Below are positions 53,448 to 63,088 of a stretch of 64,000 nt of DNA, piece after piece; position 1 is the first letter of the stretch, and each line of letters starts with the position of its first letter. The notes beneath the pieces were generated by a model. It made no database searches. It was not told the DNA's origin and worked only from the letters and a program-made list of their open reading frames with translations. Source of the stretch: Candidatus Parcubacteria bacterium (GTDB taxonomy: Bacteria; Patescibacteriota; Minisyncoccia; UBA6257; 2-01-FULL-56-20); NCBI GenBank assembly GCA_027324805.1, contig DAHVRZ010000003.1, positions 1,294-65,293 on the forward strand, read 5' to 3'. Position numbers and translations under genes: made by a program.

Positions 53448-54716
53448 CTATTTACCGGCGTTGTAAAGAATTTTGACCTCGGGAGAGCTTAGGGCGCTAC
53501 TGTACATCCGGACCCCTTCGATCTGTCCGCTGAAATAATTACCACCACAGGGATCGGTCCCTATGTCAATATTGGGTGGAGACGTCAACGATCCCGTATT
53601 GCTCACGACTCCGGTCGCCTGTACTGCGCCATCAACATAGAGGACGATAGCGCCCGTACTTTTCACGCGGGTTGCGGTCAAAAAATGCCAATTTCCGTCG
53701 GCGAAGTTCGTACTGCCGGTGATGGTCGTGTCGGGATTCCCGATTCCGAACATGATCTGTCCCGAGCTGTTTATTGATGTACCAAAATCATTGACAACAC
53801 CGCAAACTTCGCCGCTCACGATCTGCCGGCCGTTGTACCATTGACCGCTTCCGCCTCCCACGGTCGTTGTTTTGAACCACGCGGTCATAGTGAAATCATC
53901 CTGAATAACCCTTGGCAGTGAAACGTAATCGTTACTGCCGTTGAAATTCCCGGCATAGGCCTGATTGTTTCCCGGGCTGTAATAATAAGGAGTCGATCCA
54001 CCCCATGTTCCGTTTTGATTGTTTCCGGAACTATCTATCGCTGTTGTACCGGATCCTTCATTGAGCGGCCAATAACCGACGATGCCTTGTATATTGTAAA
54101 TGCTGCCGGGACCGTAATCCAAAGGCTCGAGTGTAAGGCTCGTACCTTTGGCATAAACGCTGGACAGAGATGCTCCGTCCTTTGAGATCACATCGCCGCT
54201 CCCTCCTTTTTGATATTTAGTCGATTCCATCGCAGCGGTTACCTCGTAATAGGTACCGTCGGTGGTGTAGGTATAGTAAAGATCGGAAGAAGGGTTATTT
54301 GTCGGATCGACCGGGAGGGATCCGAAAGGGGCGCCGGCGCTGATGGCCGAGAAATTGACAGGAACCCATCCGGTACCATTTACATTCCTATAACTTCCGA
54401 AAGGGGCACAACCCCAGACATTTCCGGAACCTAAGAATGGCAAACCGAGATCGCCACAAGTGGAGGATGCATCGGGAACGGACATCTGGACGGTGTAAGG
54501 AGTGCCCACGGAATATCCCGCCGCGCTCAGCTGGTCGGTCTGATAGACGCTCAAAGCCGAATCAAGGGTCGCCATATCGGCAACACGGGTCGCATCGCGG
54601 GACTGTGCCAATAATTGGCCGGGGTTGAGGGCTATCACGACAACAATCGCGAGGATCGATATGATGGCGATGACGACAAGGAGCTCAAGAAGGGTGAAAC
54701 CGGAAGAATTTTTCAT
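53448..54716 (-). CDS. Type IV pilin-like protein with C-terminal LamG/concanavalin-like lectin domain
   Basis: Start at MKNSSGFTLLELLVVIAIISILAIVVV (prepilin motif G-FTLLE). C-terminal GNFNGSNDYVSLP...TMTAWFK...DGNWHFLTATR...LYVDGA...GQIEGVRMYSSALS matches the LamG-fold pattern. The ORF-track extension to 54929 overlaps the next gene. Confidence 0.7.
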   Translation of the reverse strand: MKNSSGFTLLELLVVIAIISILAIVVVIALNPGQLLAQSRDATRVADMATLDSALSVYQTDQLSAAGYSVGTPYTVQMSVPDASSTCGDLGLPFLGSGNVWGCAPFGSYRNVNGTGWVPVNFSAISAGAPFGSLPVDPTNNPSSDLYYTYTTDGTYYEVTAAMESTKYQKGGSGDVISKDGASLSSVYAKGTSLTLEPLDYGPGSIYNIQGIVGYWPLNEGSGTTAIDSSGNNQNGTWGGSTPYYYSPGNNQAYAGNFNGSNDYVSLPRVIQDDFTMTAWFKTTTVGGGSGQWYNGRQIVSGEVCGVVNDFGTSINSSGQIMFGIGNPDTTITGSTNFADGNWHFLTATRVKSTGAIVLYVDGAVQATGVVSNTGSLTSPPNIDIGTDPCGGNYFSGQIEGVRMYSSALSSPEVKILYNAGK

Positions 54717-54723
54717 GATATTC

Positions 54724-55959
54724 CTAGTTGCCGGCGTTATAGAGAGATTTGATCTCCGAAGCGCTGAGGGCGCGATTGTAGACCCGCATATCTTGCATGG
54801 CACCATTGAAATATTCCACTCCGTCATACCCCTTGCCCAACTGCTCATGATCGGTGCCATAGGAGAATGTCTGCTTGTTCGTACCGCTTCCCACAGCAGT
54901 ACCGTTGATATAGAAAACATAATTACCATTGCTGTCGTATGTTACAGCAACAAAAACCCATGTCCCTGCCGGGACGGTGCTGGCCGAAGACCCAATGCTC
55001 ACTTGACCCTGCTTTAAAAGTTCGAGATCATTCGCGGAATTATCGCGAAATTCATAATAACCATCACCCCAACCGCTCCCGCCGAACATTGCACGAGTGG
55101 CATTATTATTGACCGCATCAATCCATGCGGTCAATGTAAAAGTTTGGAGTTGGAGCGATGCGGGAATTCCGAGATCAACGACATCGTTTGATCCGTTGAA
55201 ATTTCCCGCATACGACCCATTCCTTCCCGTTGTGTAGTATGGGGTCGTACCACCCCAAGTTCCGTTATTCCCGCTCCCCGACAGGTCGGCGGCCGTCGTA
55301 CCGGCACCTTCATTGAGCGGCCAATAACCGACGAGACCTGGGACACTGCCAGGACCGTAATCCAGCGGTTCGAGGGCAACATTGGTGCCTTCCGCATAGA
55401 CCGTAGAAAGGGCTGCTCCATCTCCAGTAATGACATCCGCGCCCCCTCCTTTTTGATATTTGGCCGACTCCATCGCAGCCGTAACCTCATATTGAGTGCC
55501 GTTTGTTGTGTAGGTATAAAAAAGATGGGAAGAGGTGTTATTGGTAGGATCGATAGGAAGCGATCCGAAAGGGGCGCCACCGGCAATAGCGGAGAAATTC
55601 ACGGGAATCCAACCGGTACCATTGACATTGCGAAACGTGGAAAAAGGAGAACAACCCCAGGTATATCCTGCAGGCATGGACATAAGCTGCAGATCGCCGC
55701 AGGTTGAAGAAGAGTCGGGAATCGACATATAAACCGTAAAGGGCGTACCAAGCGAATATGTCTTCGTTCTCGCCTGATCGGCCGAATAAAGGTCCAATGC
55801 AGAATTGATGGTTGCTATATCCGATATCCGACTGGCGTCGTGGGACTGCGCGATCAGCTGGACAGGCTTGATGACAAGGACCACCATAACGGCAAGGATC
55901 GTAATGATGGCAACCACAATGAGAAGCTCGATAAGAGTGAAGGCCTTGCGGGAAATCAT
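54724..55959 (-). CDS. Type IV pilin-like protein with C-terminal LamG/concanavalin-like lectin domain (paralog)
   Basis: MISRKAFTLIELLIVVAIITILAVMVV (prepilin N-terminus). C-terminal GNFNGSNDVVDLG...TLTAWID...GTWVFVAVTYD...FYINGT...GAMQDMRVYNRALS. Confidence 0.7.
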   Translation of the reverse strand: MISRKAFTLIELLIVVAIITILAVMVVLVIKPVQLIAQSHDASRISDIATINSALDLYSADQARTKTYSLGTPFTVYMSIPDSSSTCGDLQLMSMPAGYTWGCSPFSTFRNVNGTGWIPVNFSAIAGGAPFGSLPIDPTNNTSSHLFYTYTTNGTQYEVTAAMESAKYQKGGGADVITGDGAALSTVYAEGTNVALEPLDYGPGSVPGLVGYWPLNEGAGTTAADLSGSGNNGTWGGTTPYYTTGRNGSYAGNFNGSNDVVDLGIPASLQLQTFTLTAWIDAVNNNATRAMFGGSGWGDGYYEFRDNSANDLELLKQGQVSIGSSASTVPAGTWVFVAVTYDSNGNYVFYINGTAVGSGTNKQTFSYGTDHEQLGKGYDGVEYFNGAMQDMRVYNRALSASEIKSLYNAGN

Positions 55960-55987
55960 TATTAAATTGTATCAGATTCGAACGTTG

Positions 55988-56071
55988 TGCGTCGGGTAGG
56001 ATTCGAACCTACGTAGCCCAATGGGCGACAGATTTACAGTCTGTTGCGATTGACCACTCCGCCACCGACGC
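55988..56071 (-). tRNA. tRNA-Tyr (anticodon GTA), long variable arm
   Basis: Reverse complement folds into a cloverleaf. Acceptor GCGTCGG/CCGACGC. Anticodon stem ACAGA/TCTGT with loop CTGTAAA (GTA). Long variable arm GCCCATTGGGC. T-arm GTAGG-TTCGAAT-CCTAC. Discriminator A; no encoded CCA. Confidence 0.85.
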
Positions 56072-56073
56072 AA

Positions 56074-56439
56074 TTATTCCCTGGGATCCGGCGAAGAAGG
56101 ATGTTCTTCTTTGCCCTCACTATTCTGCCCCGAAATCTCCTTGAAATCAATATTCGTATTCGCTCGATTCTCCTTCGGTTGGACCTTCCGCAGGCCTTTC
56201 GCGATGGAGTTGTCCAGACGAAGAAGGATGATCTTCGCGCGTCGAAGGAACTTCAGTACGAAATTATTGAATGCCGCGTCGATCTTTTCCGGAAGTTCGG
56301 AATGGGCCCAGCGTTCGAATGCACTCTTCGTGTCGGCATCCGCACTGGATTCCTCGATGCGCGGCAATGCACGCACGGTGATGTAAAGCACCGTACCAAG
56401 ACAGATCATAAGGATGAGCGAAAAGATGAACTCAACCAT
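56074..56439 (-). CDS. Small N-terminally membrane-anchored hypothetical protein
   Basis: MVEFIFSLILMICLGTVLYITV, then a charged region. Confidence 0.35.
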   Translation of the reverse strand: MVEFIFSLILMICLGTVLYITVRALPRIEESSADADTKSAFERWAHSELPEKIDAAFNNFVLKFLRRAKIILLRLDNSIAKGLRKVQPKENRANTNIDFKEISGQNSEGKEEHPSSPDPRE

Positions 56440-56446
56440 CCTTCTA

Positions 56447-56908
56447 TTATACCTCCAAACGGAAGAACTTGTTCACGGTGATGTTCTCGCCAGTCTTTGC
56501 TATTACCTCACCGATAATATCCTTCACGGTTTTTGATTCATCCCGCACATATGGCTGGGCAAGGAGCTCATCCACGGTTTCGGGAGCGGCAGCCGCAATA
56601 TGCATCGCAAGGTCATGCGCCATGGCGCGGAACGGTTCGGAGCGGACAACAAAATCGGTTTCGGCCCGGATATCGAGGAGTACGCCGATACGCTCGTTGT
56701 GCACATACGATTCGACGAGACCTGCGCCCGCTTCGCGGCCGGCTCTCTTTTCCACCTTCTCGAGGCCCTTCTCGGCAATGATGGCCTTGGCGCGATCAAA
56801 ATCGCCTTCGGCATCAATGAGCGCCTTGCGGCAATCCATTACGCCGGCACCCGTCGCCTCGCGAAGTTTCTGCACCGCTTCCGCGGTAACTTTGTTCGTT
56901 TCCGCCAT
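56447..56908 (-). CDS. tsf: Elongation factor Ts (short form)
   Basis: N-terminal UBA-like AVQKLREATGAGVMDCRKALIDAEGDFDRAKAII. Single dimerisation domain. Downstream of rpsB. Confidence 0.85.
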   Translation of the reverse strand: MAETNKVTAEAVQKLREATGAGVMDCRKALIDAEGDFDRAKAIIAEKGLEKVEKRAGREAGAGLVESYVHNERIGVLLDIRAETDFVVRSEPFRAMAHDLAMHIAAAAPETVDELLAQPYVRDESKTVKDIIGEVIAKTGENITVNKFFRLEV

Positions 56909-56934
56909 GATGTTAAATTTTTAAAAATTGGTTC

Positions 56935-57744
56935 TTACTTTCCGGAATCCTTCGCTTCTTCCTTCGGGGCAGCATCTTTTGCGGCAGCCGCCTTGGCCGC
57001 GGCAGCAGCGCGGAGCTTCATGCCTTCTGCGACCGCGCCATCAATCTTGCCAAGGAACCACTCGATACTGAGTTTCGCCTTATCGTTTCCGGGCACGAGG
57101 TAATCGATCATATCCGGATCGACATCCACATTGGCGAACGAAACGACAGGGATCTTCTTGATCATCGCCTCGCGCACCGCGGTATCGTGCAGTACAGGAT
57201 CCACTACGATAAGGATATCCGGCTCGCGGGTCAGCATTTCAAGCCCTCCCATAAGCTCCTCGAGGCGCGCAAGGTCCTTTTCAAGCTCCAAGCGCTCCTT
57301 CTTCGTATATTTATCAAGTGCATGGGACGCTATGTCGGCGCGAAGCTTCTTCATATAATCGATCCGTTTGGCGATGTTGCGATAATTCGTTATCGTACCG
57401 CCGACCCAACGGGTCGTCACATACGGGAAGGCGTACTTCTTCGCGAGATCGGTGATCGCCTTGTCCGCGGCGGCGACCGCACCGACAAAAAGTACGAGTG
57501 CACCCGAGCCAACTTTCTCAGTCACGAATCCCGCGGCTTCCGCCACGGCATCTTCCGTCTTCTGTAGATTGATGATCTCGATGCCGCCACGGTTCGCGAG
57601 GACATACTGCTTCATCTTCGGATTCGTCTTATTTTTCTTGCGGCCATAGAAAACACCCGCGTCCATCATTTCGCGGGAAGCTTCCGTAGGATACGCCGCC
57701 TGAGGCGCCTCGGTCTGGGTGGGGGTGATTATCTCGTCTGCCAT
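56935..57744 (-). CDS. rpsB: 30S ribosomal protein S2 with K/A-rich C-terminal extension
   Basis: Core S2 sequence (..VFYGRKKNKTNPKMKQYV..., GALVLFVG...). C-terminal AAAAKAAAAKDAAPKEEAKD. Confidence 0.9.
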   Translation of the reverse strand: MADEIITPTQTEAPQAAYPTEASREMMDAGVFYGRKKNKTNPKMKQYVLANRGGIEIINLQKTEDAVAEAAGFVTEKVGSGALVLFVGAVAAADKAITDLAKKYAFPYVTTRWVGGTITNYRNIAKRIDYMKKLRADIASHALDKYTKKERLELEKDLARLEELMGGLEMLTREPDILIVVDPVLHDTAVREAMIKKIPVVSFANVDVDPDMIDYLVPGNDKAKLSIEWFLGKIDGAVAEGMKLRAAAAAKAAAAKDAAPKEEAKDSGK

Positions 57745-57809
57745 ACGAAGGACATTATAGCAGACGGTTAAGAATGGTCAAGCTGTGGAAATGCGGGTGG
57801 CTGAAAGGA

Positions 57810-58874
57810 TCAATGCGAAAGGAAAAAAATCACGAGCCCGAGGCCTACAAAAAGCGCCGAGATGATCCAAAAGCGCATCGTCACCTGGGATTCCGGCCAG
57901 CCAAGAGCTTCAAAGTGATGGTGTATCGGCGCCGATCGGAACACTTTTTTGCCGTGGCGAAGCTTCTTTGAGGCAACCTGGATGATGACCGACAGCGATT
58001 CCATAACAAGAATGACGGCGAAAAACGGCAGGAGGAGTGTCGTGTTTGTGAGCATTGCGATCGTACCGATCGTCACGCCGAGCGCCATCGAGCCGGTATC
58101 CCCCATGATGAATTTCGCCGGATAGATGTTGTACCAAAGGAATGCGAGGAGGGCACCGACCGTGACGCCGCCGAACGCGGCAAGGTTATAGAGATGAAGA
58201 TGGAACGCGACCGCGACAAGCGCAAGGAATGTGAAAAGCGATACACCGCCAAGGAGACCGTCGAGGCCGTCGGTCTCGTTGGCGCTGAAAGCGCTCGCAA
58301 AAATAATGAAAATGAAAAGCGGTAAATACCACCAGCCGATCGTCACGTCGCCGATGAACGGAATATCGAGGGTGTTCCAGCCAAGGCGGAAGTAGAACCA
58401 CCATGCGCCGATCGCAGCAGCGATGAGATACATGATCGATTTATGCCGCACTTTAAGGCCGCCGCCGTTCGCGCCGCCGATATGAAGGACCCCAAGCCAG
58501 TCATCGAGGAGGCCGAGAATCGCGGCAATGAGCATCGCGGCGATCGGCAAATAGGTTTCCCCGCGATCCACGAAACTGAAGTAATGCCACCATCCGTCGA
58601 AGATATGATTACCGATGTCAAAAATGAGCGCAAGACCGAGCACCGTAGACCAGACAATGACGCCGGCGCCCGTGATCGCCCCTTCCTTGTTCTTGTGGAG
58701 GCTTTGGAAGACCGGCGTGTCGTCGCCGTTGCGGAGCTGCTTCCCAAAATGGTAATGCCGAAGGAACTTCAGCCAAAGGGGAGTTACCGCGAGTGCCACA
58801 ACGAACGCGACGGCGGTAAGGATCGTTACGCGCTCCGCCTGCAGAAGAAGAAGTGAATGGAAGATGGGGGTCAT
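57810..58874 (-). CDS. mraY: Phospho-N-acetylmuramoyl-pentapeptide transferase MraY
   Basis: 10-TM protein with MraY motifs (DDWLG, NAFNLIDGLDGL-like SANETDGLDGL, HHHFE). Confidence 0.9.
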   Translation of the reverse strand: MTPIFHSLLLLQAERVTILTAVAFVVALAVTPLWLKFLRHYHFGKQLRNGDDTPVFQSLHKNKEGAITGAGVIVWSTVLGLALIFDIGNHIFDGWWHYFSFVDRGETYLPIAAMLIAAILGLLDDWLGVLHIGGANGGGLKVRHKSIMYLIAAAIGAWWFYFRLGWNTLDIPFIGDVTIGWWYLPLFIFIIFASAFSANETDGLDGLLGGVSLFTFLALVAVAFHLHLYNLAAFGGVTVGALLAFLWYNIYPAKFIMGDTGSMALGVTIGTIAMLTNTTLLLPFFAVILVMESLSVIIQVASKKLRHGKKVFRSAPIHHHFEALGWPESQVTMRFWIISALFVGLGLVIFFLSH

Positions 58875-59926
58875 TTATAATTCATTGTAAACCAATCCAG
58901 GAGTTTTGTGGTATCGGAAAAACGTTCGGCGGTATCGCCGGCACCAAGGACGATGATGAGTACGGGCTTCCCGCCATAGCGAAACATTGAAAGCAAATTG
59001 TCGCGGGCCTCGGGAATATAGCCCGTTTTCCCGCCGATAAAGTTCGCATCTCCCGCGAACTGGTTGATGCTTCTCACATCAACATTGGTATTGTTTGCGA
59101 AATTCGTGATCACAATATCCGGGGTATCCGTGAATTGCAAAATGGTCGGATAGCTCTCATAGACATGTGTCGCAAGGATCGCGAGGTCGTGTGCCGTGGA
59201 TTCGTTCGCGGACGAAAGACCGGATGGGTCGTTGAAATAAGTATCCGTCATCCCCCACTCCGCGGCACGCTGGTTCATCGCCGCGAGGAACTGCGAACGG
59301 CCGTAATAATCGGCGAGTGCTTCGGCTGCGACATTGCTCGACGGCATGAGCATCACATGAAGCAGGTCATAGACGGTATAGGTTCCATCCACCACGAGAT
59401 GGCCCTCTTCGGGATCCACCGCCATCATCTGCGGCGTAATAGTGATCTTCGTATCCATGCTCAGATGATCAAGTACGACCGTGGCGGTCATAAGCTTGGT
59501 AAGCGAAGCGGTCGGCCATCGGACATTCTCGTTTATATCGGCAAGATCCACACCATTCGTAATATCGCGCACAAGGATCGCCTCGCGTTCAAAATTGGGT
59601 ACCGTGGTCGTTGCAATACGAGTAAACACTGAATCTGCGGTATTCGGTTCTCCGTAATAGGGCGCGGAAGGTGTCGCTGAAGTGGCTGAAGAGCCGTCCG
59701 TTCCGGCGGGGTCGGTACTCGCGAGTGCGGCGGGCGTACCGAGCGATGAAGAAGCCGAAGTGGGGCCGAGGACGAGATGCGGCGGAATCGTCCCTGTTGC
59801 AGTACCGGATGCATCACCGGTGCCGGAAGGTGTCGCTGAAAGACCTACATACCACATTCGCGCAACAAGGATCACTATTACGGCCGTAAATAAAAAAATG
59901 AATAATTGTGGTTTCTTTCCCCTCAT
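58871..59926 (-). CDS. Serine-type D-Ala-D-Ala carboxypeptidase (S11/PBP5-like)
   Basis: N-terminal TM/signal. SxxK motif (WPTASLTKLMTA), SxN-like and KTG motifs (GGKTGY). Start at MRGKKPQLFIFLF...; the ORF track extends to 59974. Confidence 0.8.
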   Translation of the reverse strand: MRGKKPQLFIFLFTAVIVILVARMWYVGLSATPSGTGDASGTATGTIPPHLVLGPTSASSSLGTPAALASTDPAGTDGSSATSATPSAPYYGEPNTADSVFTRIATTTVPNFEREAILVRDITNGVDLADINENVRWPTASLTKLMTATVVLDHLSMDTKITITPQMMAVDPEEGHLVVDGTYTVYDLLHVMLMPSSNVAAEALADYYGRSQFLAAMNQRAAEWGMTDTYFNDPSGLSSANESTAHDLAILATHVYESYPTILQFTDTPDIVITNFANNTNVDVRSINQFAGDANFIGGKTGYIPEARDNLLSMFRYGGKPVLIIVLGAGDTAERFSDTTKLLDWFTMNYK

Positions 59927-59948
59927 GACGATACGAAAATAAAAAATA

Positions 59949-60611
59949 TCACTCACGCGGTCCCCCGTTCTCAATGCGCACCTCCCCGCTCACCGGCTGC
60001 TTGTTTTCGGCCTGTCCACCCTCCATTTTCCCTTCTTCGTTTTGCCCGCCTGCCGTCTCGAAAACGGTGAGTAATTCCTGGAATTTGCCGTATTCCGGCA
60101 GTTCTCCTCCCTCCTTCACGCCGAGGTGCTTCATAAGTTCGAAGGTTGGACGATAAAGGAATGAAGAGGGGTGTTCGGAATCCGAGAAGCGTTCCACAAG
60201 CCCGCGAATGGCAAGGCTGCGCAAAATGACGCTCGAGTTCACGCCGCGCAGATATTCGAGCTTTGCGCGTGAAATCGGTCCGAGATATGTAACGATGGCA
60301 AGTGCCTCAAGCGACGCAGGCGAGAGATCCTCCGAAACCTCCTCCTTCACGAATGCCTCAAGGATGCTGTTGAATTCGGGTTTGGTGGTCAGCTGGATCT
60401 TCTCGCGGTCGGAGATAAGCTGGAGGCCGCGATCGTTGGAAGCCAATCTTCCTTCGAGTTCCGCGACAAGCGCATCAACATCCTCTTTTTTCTCGATGCC
60501 AAGCACCGCCTGGATCTTCTTGTAGGTCAGCGGTTCGCCATGGATGAAAAGCAGGGCTTCGAGCGCGGCGCGTTGATCGGATGTTCCTTTTTCCGTCGTG
60601 GATTCGCTCAT
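59949..60611 (-). CDS. scpB: Segregation and condensation protein B
   Basis: ALEALLFIHGEPLTYKKIQAVLG... is a winged-helix ScpB signature. Adjacent to scpA. Confidence 0.85.
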   Translation of the reverse strand: MSESTTEKGTSDQRAALEALLFIHGEPLTYKKIQAVLGIEKKEDVDALVAELEGRLASNDRGLQLISDREKIQLTTKPEFNSILEAFVKEEVSEDLSPASLEALAIVTYLGPISRAKLEYLRGVNSSVILRSLAIRGLVERFSDSEHPSSFLYRPTFELMKHLGVKEGGELPEYGKFQELLTVFETAGGQNEEGKMEGGQAENKQPVSGEVRIENGGPRE

Positions 60612-61414
60612 TTTTTCTTCACAAGTATATCAGAAAATGCATCCATTTGCTCGAGGAGTATGAGCTGTTCGCGCGCGAGATGCAGAAGCGCGAGAAAGAC
60701 GACGATGCGCTCGCCGCGCGACTTATCTCCCGAAAGGCTCCCAAAATGCATATCTCCTTCTTTCTGGATTCGGTCCAGCACCTCCGAGATCTTTTCCTCG
60801 AGCGTCACGATCCGTTCCCGTATCGTTTCCGTCTCGAGTTCGTAGGTCTTTATCGTTTCGAATATCTGCTCAAGTGCCGAAGCGAGCGCCGAGGCATCGA
60901 GATTCGATCCCGGATAGAAGATGGAGTGTTCGGCAAGGAGCGCGCTTTTGCCGGCAAGATACGGCCTGCTGTAGGAACGGTGGCTCTCGTGCCAGAGTTT
61001 GTTCAATGTCTTGAGCGCCGGCTTCAACTGCTGGTAGATCTGCAATCGCGCTTCGAGGTCTTTGATGTCCGCCTCTTCCTCTTCTGTGAGCTCGAGGCCG
61101 GGAAGGAGATATTTTGATTTCAAAAAGATCAGCTTGCTCGCCACGGCAACGAAGTCGGCGAGCAGGCGCAGGTCGGCGCGGAATGCGGTCGTATTTTTAT
61201 CGTCCGTTTTGCCCGATGCGTCGGATGTATCGATGGAAGCGATGCCGATCGCGCTCTTCAGGTCTTCCAGATAGCGCAAAAAACCATCCGTGACCTTTGC
61301 AAGGCTCACGGTGTTGATGTCCATCTTTTCCGCTTCGATCAGTTCGAGCAGTTTGTCGAGCGGTCCTTTGAATTCACCGATTTGGAGTTCGTATGCCATA
61401 ACTGCATTACCCAA
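60608..61414 (-). CDS. scpA: Segregation and condensation protein A (kleisin)
   Basis: LQIGEFKGPLDKLLELIEAEKMDINTVSLAKVTDGFLRYL is the ScpA N-terminal signature. ATGA overlap with scpB. Confidence 0.85.
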   Translation of the reverse strand: MGNAVMAYELQIGEFKGPLDKLLELIEAEKMDINTVSLAKVTDGFLRYLEDLKSAIGIASIDTSDASGKTDDKNTTAFRADLRLLADFVAVASKLIFLKSKYLLPGLELTEEEEADIKDLEARLQIYQQLKPALKTLNKLWHESHRSYSRPYLAGKSALLAEHSIFYPGSNLDASALASALEQIFETIKTYELETETIRERIVTLEEKISEVLDRIQKEGDMHFGSLSGDKSRGERIVVFLALLHLAREQLILLEQMDAFSDILVKKK

Positions 61415-61465
61415 CCATCATAAAAGAAAAGGATATAAGGGGCAAACCGCGCCGGTGCGCAAATA

Positions 61466-61494
61466 TTGACTATTTTTTGTATAAAAGATATAAC
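61466..61494 (+). promoter_or_regulatory. Sigma70-like promoter: TTGACT, 17 nt spacer, TATAAC
   Basis: TTGACT (61466-61471), 17-nt spacer, TATAAC (61489-61494). RBS GAAGGGAG about 7 nt before GTG 61515. Confidence 0.45.
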
Positions 61495-61514
61495 AATTCC
61501 GAAGGGAGATTTTC

Positions 61515-61721
61515 GTGGAACATTTCAATCACGTGAAGACGGTTGTCGTGGCGAACGTACGCGCGAGCAACGAAACAATGAGGACGGACGAGATCATTGT
61601 CGATCCGGTCGCAAATCCCGCCCTCGACGAAGACATCAAGAACGGCTGGCGGATCGTGAGCGTTTTCCCGTGCGTACTTCCGAATGCCGCGGCCATCATC
61701 GCGGTGCTTGGCAAGTGCTGA
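61515..61721 (+). CDS. Small hypothetical protein (68 aa)
   Basis: GTG start with a strong upstream RBS and promoter. ORF ends before the dnaX start at 61808. Confidence 0.45.
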   Translation: MEHFNHVKTVVVANVRASNETMRTDEIIVDPVANPALDEDIKNGWRIVSVFPCVLPNAAAIIAVLGKC

Positions 61722-61807
61722 TCCGCCCTTTTTTTCGGTCCGGCGCCTCCTTATTATCATGGAGACGCCGTTTTCTTTACCCGAACCTGCTGGTGTATAA
61801 TGGTCGC

Positions 61808-62947
61808 ATGGCACAAGCGCTTTACCGCAAATACCGCCCCAAACGGCTCGAGGACGTGCTCGGACAGGACACGAACGTCGAGATACTGAAGAACGCCGCG
61901 AAGGCCGGGCGGCTCGGTCATGCCTATATTTTTTACGGTGCCCGTGGAACGGGCAAGACGACAACCGCGCGGCTCATTGCAAAGCTCCTCAACTGCGAAA
62001 AGCGCCGGAAGGAGCCTGCGTTTGCCGCCGAGGGAGAGCCGTGCAATGAATGCCGCGAATGCCTCGCGATCGACGCGCAGAACTCGATGGATGTGATCGA
62101 GATCGACGCCGCATCGAACCGGGGCATTGATGAGATCCGCAACCTCAAAGAAAGCATCAAGACCTCTCCCGCTACGGGAGCGTACAAGGTCTATATCATC
62201 GACGAAGCGCACATGCTTACCGGCGCCGCGTTCAACGCCCTCCTGAAGACGCTTGAGGAGCCGCCGGCGCATGCGGTGATCATTATGGCGACGACTGAAT
62301 TCGAAAAGTTGCCGCCCACGATCACCTCGCGCGCCCAGCGGTTCACATTCCGCAAACAACCTAAGGCGGTTATTATGGCGAAGCTCAATACCATCGCCAA
62401 AGAGGAAAAGATAAAAATCGAGCCCGCCGCATTGGAGCTCATCGCCGCCATCGGCGAAGGCAGTTTCCGCGACGCCGAATCGCTCCTTGAACAGGTATCG
62501 TCATTCTCGGACGGCGGTGCGAAAACCGCGGCGATCACGCTCGCCGACACCGAACGCATCACTGGACGCACCGGCCTGCGGAAAGTGCACGCGTTTGCGG
62601 AACTCATGATCGCAAAGGATGCGAAGGGCGCGCTCGCCTATCTCGCGGAACTGAACGACGAAGGGCATAATATCGTTCAATTTACAAAGGACCTTATCCA
62701 TTATCTCCGCAAAACACTCTCGCTTGCGATCAATCCTTCGCTCGAACAGTCGTTCGAGAAGGACCTCACGAAGGATGAACTCGCAGCCATGCGAACGCTT
62801 GGTACCTCAACCAAAGATGGTGAAGGTGCGGATAGTGCAACGCTCGTAAAGCTCATCAAAGCCCTCATCCGCGCCTACGCCGAGATGCGCTACTCCCCCT
62901 TCGCCATCGTGCCTCTCGAAGTCATGCTCGTGGAGCAGCTCGCCTGA
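61808..62947 (+). CDS. dnaX: DNA polymerase III subunit gamma/tau (short, gamma-like)
   Basis: MAQALYRKYRPKRLEDVLGQD..., GARGTGKTT (Walker A), zinc module CEKRRKEPAFAAEGEPCNECRECLAI, IIDEAHML, SRAQRF (sensor). The ORF-track start at 61466 is an out-of-context upstream extension. Confidence 0.9.
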   Translation: MAQALYRKYRPKRLEDVLGQDTNVEILKNAAKAGRLGHAYIFYGARGTGKTTTARLIAKLLNCEKRRKEPAFAAEGEPCNECRECLAIDAQNSMDVIEIDAASNRGIDEIRNLKESIKTSPATGAYKVYIIDEAHMLTGAAFNALLKTLEEPPAHAVIIMATTEFEKLPPTITSRAQRFTFRKQPKAVIMAKLNTIAKEEKIKIEPAALELIAAIGEGSFRDAESLLEQVSSFSDGGAKTAAITLADTERITGRTGLRKVHAFAELMIAKDAKGALAYLAELNDEGHNIVQFTKDLIHYLRKTLSLAINPSLEQSFEKDLTKDELAAMRTLGTSTKDGEGADSATLVKLIKALIRAYAEMRYSPFAIVPLEVMLVEQLA

Positions 62948-63013
62948 ACGGCGAAGCGAACGGTTGAAAAATTCCCGAACCTCCGTATAATAAGGAGGTT
63001 CGTTTTATCCCCT

Positions 63014-63084
63014 TGCCGGGTCGTCTAATGGTAGGACTCCAGGTTCTGGCCCTGGGTATCTTGGTTCGAATCCAGGCCCGGCAG
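63014..63084 (+). tRNA. tRNA-Gln (anticodon CTG)
   Basis: Cloverleaf: acceptor TGCCGGG/CCCGGCA (U1:A72). D-arm GTCT-AATGGTA-GGAC. Anticodon stem CCAGG/CCTGG with loop TTCTGGC (CTG). T-arm CTTGG-TTCGAAT-CCAGG. Discriminator G; no encoded CCA. Confidence 0.8.
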
Positions 63085-63088
63085 CATA

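Noticed and set aside
61466-61807. Upstream extension of dnaX (ORF-track start 61466)
   Set aside because: The translation is Arg-rich nonsense until MAQALYRKYRPK at 61808. The extension overlaps a better-supported promoter and small ORF in another frame.
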